From contig JAQFVV010000001.1 in the NCBI GenBank assembly GCA_028023455.1, forward strand, positions 20,026,001-20,090,000: a DNA stretch of 64,000 nucleotides. Reading direction: 5' to 3'. Position 1 is the stretch's first letter, and every line of letters starts with the position of its first letter. The notes beneath the pieces are model-generated. The model searched no databases. It saw nothing but the letters and a program-made list of their open reading frames with translations, and was not told the origin of the DNA. A program made the position numbers and the translations under genes. Of the stretch, positions 15,191-27,087 are shown in pieces. Origin of the DNA: Epiperipatus broadwayi. Lineage: Eukaryota; Animalia; Onychophora.

Positions 15191-17332
15191 ATAAAGAAAA
15201 CAATTAAAGGGTCATATGTTTAATAAAATATATTTTATTGTTTTAAATGAATCTGGAATAAGTGAACAAATTATTTATTAAATTTAAAAATGTAATCTTT
15301 TATTTATATTATTATCAAATGATAACTATGCCTTATTAGGCTTAGAAAAAAAAAATCACATATTCACAAGTCAGTTTTTAAAAAAAGAGTGCATTTTATG
15401 TTACCATAGCTACAGAAATTATTTCAGGAATGAGAACACACACTTTCTTTTGCTTAAAAAATTGTGTTTATTTAATCTTATTTTTATAAATATATTCATG
15501 ACATATAGCAAAGAAATGTGCACTGTGAATAAGATGGCCTAGAGGGAAGCATAAGCTTCCCCTTTATTTAGTATCTTTATGATTCAAACAGAATAATTAA
15601 AAAAAATGCTATGCTTAACTGTCGTAAAGTTATGAAACTATTAAAATGTGCCATGGATTGTGATGTCAATAGTAATAATAATTGGGTATCACCTAATAAT
15701 TCAAACTGCTTATGATTCCCTATGTTGCATTGATCTAGAAAAAAGTACCAAAAGAAACAACATTGAATAATGGAATATCTGCTGAAGTAGTATATATGCA
15801 AAAATGTGGTAACAGATGCTAATAAAAATCTTCTTTTAAATTACATCTGTCAGATAAGTTTCACTCCTTAAAAAAAATAAATGGTTAAAAAGCATAAATG
15901 ATAACACTATAATAATAAAACCTTTATTATAGACTTCTCTTTTTTCTTAATTTTCATTAATATAATTTTACATATCATTTGATATTATTTAAATAACATA
16001 AGAAATAGAACTTTCTTTTTTTAAAAGTAACAATATTAAAAACTTTTATTACTTTGTTTTCTTATATTGTAAAAAAGAGTTTGTCTTTAACTCTTTTATG
16101 ACTGTATGCTTTAATAATTCTAATCATAGATCATTTCTATTAATTGCAATCTAGCAGAGAGTAAATTATAAAGAAATATACGATATTAGATTTAAGTTGA
16201 TAAATTATAATTATATTTTCTGCCATAGCTACCTCAATCAGTTAATATTTACTTCAATAAATATTAGTACACCTGGGTCTCATTTTATGTGGATTATTTT
16301 AATGCAATTTTGAAGATATGTGATTCATGTTTCTTAATATTTTTCATATTTCATTATATTTATTAGATATCAAAAAATTTAAATTATTAATAACTTATTT
16401 TCACTTGAAATACTTTTTAAATATATATATATATATAACATTATATTAGCAGCTAATGTGAATATGGCCTGAATCTGTATTTAGAATAAATAACCTACTT
16501 ATACTAATGAGTAAATAATAATAATAGATTTATATTTACATATAAAAATATCGCAATAAATATTCAAAAATTTTAAACTTTTAAAACATATATTGTTAGG
16601 TATAACAGTAATAAATAATGTAGATTTTTAAAATAAATAACAAAGATTTTATTGATTTTATAAACTGAAAATAATATTTCTAATAATAATGTATAATCTT
16701 TTTGTTTTGATTGCGATCTCATTTTTTAATATAGAAACAAAATGTGAACATTTAAAATTTATTTTAGTAGTAAAAATCAGTTGTCAGCAGAAAACCATTA
16801 ACACAGCACAAGAGTGAAATTGGCACTAGTTGTGTAAATGGGATGGAGCAGAATATGGGGAAACTTACAGTGGGGAATGGAAAATAAAGTGGCTAACAAA
16901 TTTCTCTGGGCATAATTGCTGAGAGATTCTTGACTTTGTTCAAGGAAAAGCTACATCACATAACATTGATGAATCTGATTTCTTACCAGTTTACAAACAA
17001 ACTGCATACCGTAAAATAGTGATAATGATTAAAATATGTATGAAAAAATGTCAAATTAAATACTGTAGTTAATAATAAAAAAAAAGAAAAAAAGGTTTGT
17101 CTTGTACCAATTTTTTCAAATATTTGATAATTTTTATTAGTCATACTTTATTTCCTTATTTTTTTAATGGGAATTTTAAAGTAATTTTTTCTTATTGCTT
17201 TGCTTTTATGCGAATTCTAAAAATTACAGACCCTATCCCCCATTTTTCAAGGTAACTTAAGTCTATTTTTGTGTGATTTTTTTTAATGCGGGTTTTCTGT
17301 GGAACCTATCTACTGCATAAAACAAGACCCAG

Positions 17333-17494
<162 letters not shown>

Positions 17495-17503
17495 CAGTAT
17501 TTT

Positions 17504-17670
17504 GATTTGCCTATTGCATAAATCATTATAAAACTATTTTATTACACAATTTATTTTACAATTAAGATAATTCATTGTATATCCCATACTATAGCTCATT
17601 GACAAGTAAAATATTATTTATTCAACATTATCTTCTTTGCCAAGCAGATGAACTTAATATGGACCATTGG
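17504..17670 (+). repeat. Interspersed repeat, copy 2 of 2 (partner at 11622-11790)
   Basis: Direct sequence similarity to 11622-11790. Confidence 0.85.
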
Positions 17671-17699
17671 TACAAATAATTATTGTTTTCACATTTGGT

Positions 17700-18250
17700 T
17701 TTACCTATCATGATTTTATGGATTGAGGAGTTTTACACTGGCTGGGTTGTTATTTTGTTTCTGAATCATAACAGTAGCACCAAGATTCATTTCTAGTTAT
17801 GAATTTAGAAAACAAATTAAGGTCAATTTTCAAGTGTTCCTTCAAAGCACAACATGAATATTAAGCAATTGTTTCTCTGATCAGGGATGAAGAAGCAAGG
17901 CACATATTTTTCTGCAACTCACTTCAAGCCTAATTCCTCTATTAAAATTCACTGCAAAAATGTGAATTTATTTGGAGTTTAGGCATTGTTGATTGTTTTT
18001 ACATTTTTATCATAACCATAACATAATCTATGGGATTACCTTCATTGTTTTTAATGAGGATTCATCCAATTTTTTATTGCATTTTGTAGAGAGATCTACC
18101 TATTATATTAAAAAATGGTCTGGTAGTGAACTTCCTGTAAGGCTTGACAAATTTTCATTACAATTTTCTCAATTCAGGCAGTTGAAGGATGTCCAAATGA
18201 AATTGATTATCAATTGACATTTCACCTCATTTAAGAATGGCAAACCATTG
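17700..18250 (-). mobile_element. Degraded LINE APE-endonuclease remnant
   Basis: Minus strand reads HLDILQLPELR near 18170-18200 (cf. LDILGLSExR), with a decayed segment downstream at the expected position of the GDFNA motif. Confidence 0.3.
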
Positions 18251-19117
18251 ATAAACTTGTGTTTTATTTATGATAGCTTCCTTATAGGCTGCTTATAGCA
18301 TAATTAATTTAGGATGTTTTTTTTCCTAAAAGAAAAAAAAACTCTATAGCTGCATATTGTTCATATAAATTATCCATCATAAAATAAGTGAAAAATTAAA
18401 CAACTTGTTGAAAAAAAATATTGGATCTTAAAACAATCTAGCATACAGACCCAGAAAAGTATTGTGAGATACTTATTCAGTGGCAAAAGATTGCGCTACA
18501 AGTGAAAAATCCTCCAGAAGTTGATTCCAATTTCTTTTCAGTACTCCCTTGAAAATATACATACACATAAGCTGGATAGTATGATACTCTAGCATAACTA
18601 ATTCTAAGTACATATCTATAAAGGTAGAAAAGAAAAATTAGACCACTAGAATCTTAAGTTCACAATATAACCAATGACTATTATTTTATTATATGATTCA
18701 TTAAGTGATCAACTTAAATACAGACAAGTCTATATATAGTTGCATTAAGCTACTATCTCTATTCAAATCTGAATAATTAAGAATTCCAGGATAAGTATTC
18801 AAAAACGGATCAAACTATTCCATCTGTTCAAAATTTCATGATTACAAAAAAAGACATCAAATATATATAATTAAATTACATGACAATAAATGGATTCATA
18901 TTAAGTCAATGATAACTTATATAATCAAAAAGATTAACCTGAAAATTATCAATAAGATAAACCCCAAATTATCTATATATATATATATTGTAACAATGTG
19001 TATAAATTATCTATATATATATATATTGTAACAATGTGTATATTTACACATTGTGTAAGTGTGTGTATATATATATATACAAATTACATGATTTTTTTTA
19101 AATAAAACTTTACAAGC

Positions 19118-19180
19118 AGTTGTCTCTGGTTAGCGGGTTCGCTTCCCGGCTGATGTTATGACACACAAGAGAAAAAATAG
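19118..19180 (+). mobile_element. tRNA-like SINE head, copy 1
   Basis: TAGCGGGTTCGCTTCCCGGC (19131-19150) contains a B-box-like GGTTCGNNTCC and is followed by an A-rich tail. It matches the copy at 58861-58897 apart from CpG-type changes and one terminal C>T. Confidence 0.5.
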
Positions 19181-20519
19181 GAAAATAAAATTATATTTCA
19201 ACACTTAATAGTTTGAAGAAAAAAGAAGTTAAAATAAAAATAAAAAGTACAAATACTGGAAAATAAGTTAAATATTAATTATACCTTATCTTTCTTTTCT
19301 ATATTTTAATATAATCATTTCAAAAGTACTTTTAATTGGAGGCACTTTTAATTAAAAGATTATAATTAATTGGAAACAAATTTTGTACAGTACGTAATCA
19401 GTTCTGGAGATAAGATTCAACAATATTCATTAAATTTTCTATATAATTAAAAAAAATAAGGTAATGAAAAAATATAACTAATTAAAAATAAAAATTAAAG
19501 GAATTGATTACATGGGTAACAAAATCGAGCAGTGAGAGGGGTCGAATGATATATATACTGAAATCGCCTATAGGTCAAAGTTTAATATCCAGACATATAG
19601 AAACATATAGAAAAATGAGGGAAGAGAAAAAAAACAGCAGCAGCAGCAGTAGAAAATGCAGAACGCAAAGAAGCAAAAGAAGAAACCCAATTGGTTGATC
19701 AAGGAAGGAGCCTATAAGCCAGCTAAAACAATTGAATCCACCAGGAACAAACAATATTTATCTGTGGTGTTGATAAAAAAATATGTGGCTAGACTAAAAA
19801 GCTAAGTGTTTTCACTGCCTGTCTCCTGAACATCATTAGCCAGATGCAGTGATATATATCTCCGGCTTGCCTTTTTCCAATCTTTGTACTCGTCATAAAC
19901 TGAAAGTATGAAATCACACCTACCTGTAGTACACTTAACTACGAGAAAGCATGCAACTATCAAGAAAGGCCCGTTATGAATCAGACAGGATCAGAAGATG
20001 GAGGTGATCATCCAGATACCATATAAAAATCCTAGGTAAATATGTTTGGACCTCTTAATAAAACTTAAATTTTATTTTAAGAGTGAACTTTTAAATTTTA
20101 TTTCTAGCTACAACTGTTGAAATATCATTTCTATTTACTAATTTTAAAATATATGTAAATAATGAAGTGGTAAATCTGTAGTACATATTTAACTTCACTG
20201 CCTGATGACATTACATACCTTTAAAGTAGGGTTTGAACCTGTTTATATGTTTATTTGGTCATCCAGGAATGTTAAGCACATACATATACACATATCACTT
20301 CCACCCTGTTTATTTAAGAAAAGGTTATGTGTAACCAGTTAAATTATTATTTTATCTTAAGTATATTTTATTTTCAAGATTGTAAATTCCCTTCATTTAG
20401 ATAATTGTGTATGTGCGTATATGTATTATAGATATAAAAATAAATACAATTAATGTAGAGCTAAAGCAATGCCAGAAATTCTAAAAAAAATATTATTACA
20501 ATTTAAAAATGTCATTCTC

Positions 20520-22400
20520 ATTTCAAGTCGAACCAAAAAATCATATTTTAAAGTTATTTGCAATTTTAAAAATACGTTTAAATAATCTGCTTTCTGGAAC
20601 GTATTGTTTACATCTTCCAATATTGCTAAATTTCAAGTATAGGAGGAGCAGAAGTTCTAGGAATGTGCAAAAGGAGTTCAAATCACTCTTCTCTCTGGTA
20701 TTTGTGTAGAGAGTGGTAACAAAATGGACTGTGAGTAAAAGGAATTTGCCTCCCTGATCTTAAATCATCTCTGTCCTGCCTTCTGCTATGCCATCGCTAC
20801 TTGAGAACTGTTATGTTTAATTGTAAAGAATATTGGAAGATGCCTACCATTATTTTATTAATATTGTGCCTTGCTAAACCGTATACGTTATTATAAGTGG
20901 CCACCATAACTTCTAAAGGTAATCCGTTTTGCCGAAGAATGAACTCTTAATTCTCCTCACTTCATTTCCTTCCTAAATTTTAATTGTAATCAGAATGTAA
21001 TCTTTATTTATTTTATAACTGATTATAAACTTAATTATCATTAAATTTGTGATTTTCTCTCTTAAATTTTTAAGCTCGTTCTTTGAAACGCTAAGCACAG
21101 CATTATGTACTTTAAATCTATCATTAGCTTTTTAAGTTTCACACTCTAATTATTTTATTTTATGCAGCAAAACTTATTTTAAATATATATCTTATTAAAT
21201 TAGTTTTAGTATGCTAATGTTTTAATCTAGCGAACTTATATTATTTCAATCATCATTCCTATATTTTTGGGATATTTAAATAGTTAAACGTAAAATTTCT
21301 TACTGAACGTTGTTCGCTCGGTTAAATATTTTGAAATAATGGTTAATGGAGGATTGTTTAAAAATCATATCACTATCGATATTTAAATGCAATTCATGTT
21401 CTTTTAATAAATTTGATTATTAATATACTTTAATAACTATTTATTACTTATACACCATTAAGAGTTAAATTAATTAATATATTGTCGTTTAGGAATGCTT
21501 GGGCTTGTTAAATAGGAAAAATAATATTTTTTCCTTTTTTATATTCGACATCCTAAATTTATTAAAGTTATACGTACGATGCTGAGTGGGTTATCATTTT
21601 ATCATGGCATTACGCATGCTATTATTGCTTTATTTAAGCTTAAATTATTTCTTTAGTCATTTAAGACTTAAGCCATATTCGCGTTGCTTGCTTATGATAA
21701 CATTTTAAAGAATTATATTTTGCTTTATCATATTTACTCATTCGAAATCCGGATTTTCTTCACGTAACTTGTATAGGAATGAGGTTTGGTATAACTGATC
21801 TAAGGATAAACATTAGAGTATTAAGGCTCTGCATGTGACACATTGGAGGGCATGCCATGGAATCCTTACCACTCATATTTTCGAATATCGCCTTGTGATA
21901 AATACAAGCGGAATCATATATGTGATAAAGCTTTCCAGTCCAAAGACGGACATCTTCTCCATTTTAAACGCTGTCATTATAGTTAGTACTACGAGTTCTT
22001 TTATATGTAGTTCTCATTTTATTTATAAGACATGGTGCAGTGATGTTTGTAAACCACTCATTTTATAATTAGTCGAATATTTTAGGATTGTGACAGTAAA
22101 GCTAATTTAGGCTAACCCATTCCTCATTTGTACAGGCCCAAATATGCTCATAAACGATCAATTATTAACTATCATATCAAGAGTAAACCTCTCTTTAGAG
22201 ATGAATTTGTAAACGTCCTTATCATTACTTAAAGTAATGATCACCGCATTGATAACATTATTTTATTATTATACTATAACTCATTAGCATACTAAATCAG
22301 TTGCTTATATGCAAAGTAATAACCACATTAAATCTGTGCTATGTTTTCTAATGTATATTAAATTGTTTATATTTATTAAATTATTATGTTTTAATAATTA
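20520..22400. promoter_or_regulatory. CpG-retaining patch (putative unmethylated promoter/regulatory region)
   Basis: About 37 CpGs by eye in 1.9 kb, versus about 5 in the following 2.8 kb. No transposon homology recognised. Confidence 0.4.
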
Positions 22401-25328
22401 CTCATGCGTTGTGTCTTACTGACTCTCACTCATTGAATTCCATTAAATATTTATAATAATGTTAGTAATATTTAGAGGTTATAACTAATAACTTTAAATG
22501 GACATTTATCTCTGGGTTGTTCTGTCTTTGCTCATTCTGGATGGATACTATTTTATAATTCATGTTTCTTTTGCAATGCTAGCTGTGTGCAATTCATTTA
22601 AAATTTATAAATTGTCCCTTCACATAAGGTATTTGATTGAGCCAAGTTTTAACATTATTTATTTATGCTAATTACTCTGTAGATCTCATGTTTCTCTGCT
22701 GTGTCTCTGGGACCAGAATGAATAAAATTTCATGTAATCATCAGAAGTGTTGTTTATAATGTTATAATTTTAGAGAAGAGCAAATAGGGCAGAATTCATG
22801 ATTGCTCCTGATCTGTGTATCTCAGGCATGAGTGGATTTAGGGTACTTTTGCTTAGATTCTAAACTTTGTTAAATGAACATACAATTCTGACCGGTACAA
22901 TAAGCACTTGATTGTTTGAAAATATTATAGTTTAATAAGTATTCATATTTGTGTTTTAAATGTTAAATATTTCTCATATGTTTTTTTTTATCTTTTAATA
23001 AATATGTATAAGTTATTAGTGTGATTTTGTTTCTCTCACACACACACACACCCGTACCTATATTAAATAGATAATCGTATTTAGATATTCTGTGTTGCAG
23101 ATCTCATATTATAAGAACTAGCCATGGGTCAAGCACTTGAAGCATGTTAAAATCTCATGGGTTCCAGTCAAATGGCTGGATGATGCCCATAAGTTTTAAC
23201 TCATTATAAATATTCCCATGAGATTGTAAGTGCTTGTTGCAGTAGGGAGGAGTACCTCAATCTGGAAAAGTGACCATTGCATTAATATTTTTATTAAATT
23301 TTTGTCTGACTGGGGATATGATTAATATGTAAGTATTAATTATATTTTACTCCTCTGCTTGAATAATGGGGTCTAGAAATAAGGGTTTAAAGATCAGTAT
23401 AGTATAATAAAGTAAAATAATAAATAATAAGTATGTAGACTTAGAAAGATCATAAAGGAACTTTTTAAATCCCGTTACAATATATTTAAATTGTCTAATA
23501 GATTAATGAATAAAAATTTTAATTCAAACAAACAAAAACACTAAAACCATATAATATATTTGTTAGCCATTTTTATCTTTTATCTAAACAATGTTAGTGA
23601 TATTCATCCTCAATTAAAAAACAAACACTATAAAATGTATGAGATAAGCAAAGAATGGATAATGACTAAAAAATAGAAGATAGATTCTAATTTTTTTATT
23701 ACTTATGAGATAAAATTAGCATTATATGGAGAATAAAACAACCAGAATCTTGTGTGATAGTAAAAACATATCACTACTTTAAAGAATATTTATATTCAAA
23801 TAATAAAATAATTTAAGTGGTCATATAAAGTGACAGTACATTTCCATCAGAGACTTGAACTTTAATCATAACTGAAATGAAAAATGTGTTATTGATACAA
23901 ATCAATAAAAATTCTATAAATAGAAAAAATGAAAATGAAAATGTGCTAAAATTACTGAAAATAAATAAAATATAAAAAAAATTCAAAGACACTATCATTG
24001 CTAGACATTAATCACAAAATACAAAACTTTTGCATTGTTAAAATAATAGAAATCTGAAAAAAAAAAAAAAAAGAACAATTGTAACAATAAAACAAAAAAT
24101 ATATATCAGCAATAGATACCTAAGAAGAAATAAATGTTATATATATTCTTGCATTGAAGAAAAAATAATATTTCTTTTATATATTAAATTATAATCTATT
24201 TTTTCAAAAAGCATTTTTCTAAAAAAAAGATAAAAATTGTTTTTCCTACATATGGCTACATTTCATTTAAACATATGCTGGTCAAAAAGTAGATATGTGT
24301 ATCATGAAGAATTAGATTAATAGTATTTCAAAGCAATCAAAAAACTTGCAATGTCATAGATGAATGCCAAAAAAAATGTGTATTTTATAGATGAAAAACT
24401 ATAAAGAAGGAATTAGTCAAGAAATCATCTGAATATCTAGAAGTATCTCTCTAAAATGATTTTGACTGTCTGTCTCTTTTGCATTCTGTTACAAAAAGTA
24501 CTACAAATTACTATTTAAAAATACAACAAAATCAACAATTATCAAATGACTTAGTATTTGAAAGCAATTTGTCATTAACAGATAACAGCTAGAATAATCT
24601 ATGTAACACTACACTTGCTTAACATGAATTTCATAAATATCAGTGCTAAAACAAAATCAAGATTTATCATATTTATGATGAATTCATTTCTCCTGCAATG
24701 CATCTTTCTAAATATACTATCTTACTTTGACTATACATGGTAATTAATGAATTAATTTTAAGAAGTTCAATTTTATCTATACCAATCATTGTCTTACCAT
24801 CTAATTTTTAATGAAAATGTCCATATATAGAATAGCTTTTAATGGCTGCTGCTGTCCATAATACCTTATAATAAGTATGCCAATATCTATAAATTAATCA
24901 TATATCTAATTGGAGCTGTCCTTTTACAATGATTGCAAATTCTTTTGTTGCTTAATTTATCAACTATTAATGTGTCTAATGCACATTATCTGAAATTCAT
25001 GTAATTAGATATCCATACATTGTTACATCCAATGACATATTTATCCACCCATCCATATACCTGTCTACTTATCATAGGATCTATTAGAATCATGATAAAC
25101 TTTGAAGGATTAGAGACTGTTTATAGGAAAACTTATTACTTGGATATACTGTAACCCTAGGCTTATCTATGATGCTTCATTGGCTATAAAACACAGTTTA
25201 CAATATGTCAAATGTTCTATATCGCTGGTAGCTAGCAACATACTGATTGCTGTTACAATTTTAGCTATTTGCTTAATTAAATATGCTGAATTGTATAGCC
25301 ACTATTTTATTCTAATGTAAGTGCAAAT

Positions 25329-26201
25329 ATGTCGAGATATATATACACAAATGGCTGTGACTATCAGGGCAACAGATTTGTGCTATTAAATTCGCAAGAT
25401 TATAAGCATAAAATAAAAGAACAAATCACAAATCTACAACTCACTCCTGTCACACAATTCAACAATAAGCTTAACCGCGATAAGTTTATTGCATCCATTC
25501 TCCGTCCTTATAAAAACAAAGGCATTTCTACCGCAGAATACTACCGAGTTTATCCTTCCTCCACCAAAGCTCCTAGAGTGTTTGCCAACATTAAACTCCA
25601 CAAGCCAGGCAAACCTCTGCGTCAAATGATGGATTTTGGGGGAGTCCATTATTTTCAAACCGCAACAATGGTTAATCAACTACTAATCGACAGCCTGGGC
25701 TTTGGGAATTTTTCTGTTAATTCATCCTTTCAGGTCATGGAGAAAATCAAAAAAGCCATGATCTGTAACAACTTCCGAATGACCACCTTTGACGTCAAAG
25801 AGTTGTATGGATCTGTGGACAGAAAACAATCTATTCACATTATCCAACAAGAACTCACCAATACAATGTCATCTGAACGCATTAATTTCATCATTACATT
25901 TTTAACTTGGATGGATAAGCATATATACACAACGTTTGAGCATGCTTGGTACAATATGAAAAGTGGATGGCCGATGGGCCTCCCCCTCAGTGGAATCATA
26001 ACTAGCATTTTTCTTAATTACTACGAAAAACTAATAGTGCCTAAACACCAAGTTGACAACTCCCACACTTTATACATGCGGTACGTAGACGACATACTTA
26101 TTCTAGCCAATCAGCACACCACAAACAATATTATACAAGAGCTAACGCACAACACTAATCTAACCATTAATTCCACATCTGAGGATGCATCCAAAGCCTA
26201 A
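25329..26201 (+). pseudogene. Penelope-type reverse transcriptase (N-terminal part of a frameshifted single ORF)
   Basis: PLE RT motifs: QGNRFVLLNSQDY (cf. DKGnxxVvmxxxdY), PRVFANIKLHKPGKPLR, TFDVKELY, YNMKSGWPMGLPLSG, YMRYVDDIL. It ends at TAA 26199-26201 because of a 1-nt frameshift. Confidence 0.93.
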
Positions 26202-26980
26202 ATTACCTGGATCTTAAGTTAACGCGCGATGAACTAGGTATAAATTATTCAATGATTATAAAGCCTTTTGAAATCAGAGGCTTTATACATCCTCATTCTA
26301 ACGTTCCTAACTCTCACAAATTAGCAGGACTACAAGCATTCCTACACAGAAATATGCAGCTGTGCAAGTTTGAGGCAGATCGAAAGAACAACATACATCT
26401 CTACACCAAAGATCTACTACAAGCAGGCTATAAACTTCACACTATCAACAACAAAATCAAACAGTTTCATACAAAAATCACCCTTAATAAAAACAATAAT
26501 AAACTTCCATATATCACTCTTCCCCACATACCTAAAATCTCCCACCAACTAATCAAGGTTTTAGACAATAAATTTAAAATCAGCTTTCATACACCCCCTT
26601 GCACTAATCGTCTCATCAATAACTCCAAGGACAAAATAGAACCTTCTCAGACCCCCCATGTCGTTTACAGCATAACTTGCCCACAACCCGGTTGCCACGC
26701 CATTTATTTTGGAGAAACCAAGGCAGGCACAATCACCCGGACAGCACAACACAGATACACATACAATAGAGCTATGAAAAACAACGATAACTCATCAACA
26801 TTTTTGGAATACTCCAAGAAGACTGGACATTTATTTGAATCTTCCCACCCTAAAATAGTCTGTATCGAGAAAAACGACCTTAAGTGGAAGATCAGAGAAG
26901 CGTACTACATCAATAACAATAACAACTTTATCAATAGACGTGACACCTGCTTCGACATCTCTAAACGCTGGACTATTTAG
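26198..26980 (+). pseudogene. Penelope RT thumb + GIY-YIG endonuclease (C-terminal part of the ORF)
   Basis: The frame is open from 26198 (LNYLDLKL, cf. LpFLDl). It contains HVVYSITCPQPGCHAIYFGET, RTAQH, TGH and IREAYYI...INR, matching the PLE GIY-YIG with the CxxC/H/H arrangement. Confidence 0.93.
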
Positions 26981-27046
26981 CCCATTTGCATATGCTTTGC
27001 ATACCACTTCTCCCGCTCCATTTTTACATTTTGCAGCTCACAGCAC

Positions 27047-27087
27047 CGCTATGAATATGAGGTAAAGGACCTCGAAAGCGCTTAGCG
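27047..27087 (+). ncRNA. Minimal type I hammerhead ribozyme motif with variant core (A3/U8)
   Basis: Helix I CGCU/AGCG, core AUGAAUA plus an extra U, helix II GAGGU/ACCUC, GAAA, palindromic AGCGCU helix III, and an NUH site. It lies about 70 nt after the PLE stop codon, where PLE hammerheads are expected. Confidence 0.7.

Noticed and set aside
16840-16900. MORN-like peptides (YSGEWK; NGMEQNMGKLTVGNG)
   Set aside because: They are in different frames, bounded by stops, and have no supporting repeats or splice sites.
23100-23200. KISWVP mariner-like WVP motif (similar weak hint near 2180-2280)
   Set aside because: A single short motif without other transposase landmarks.
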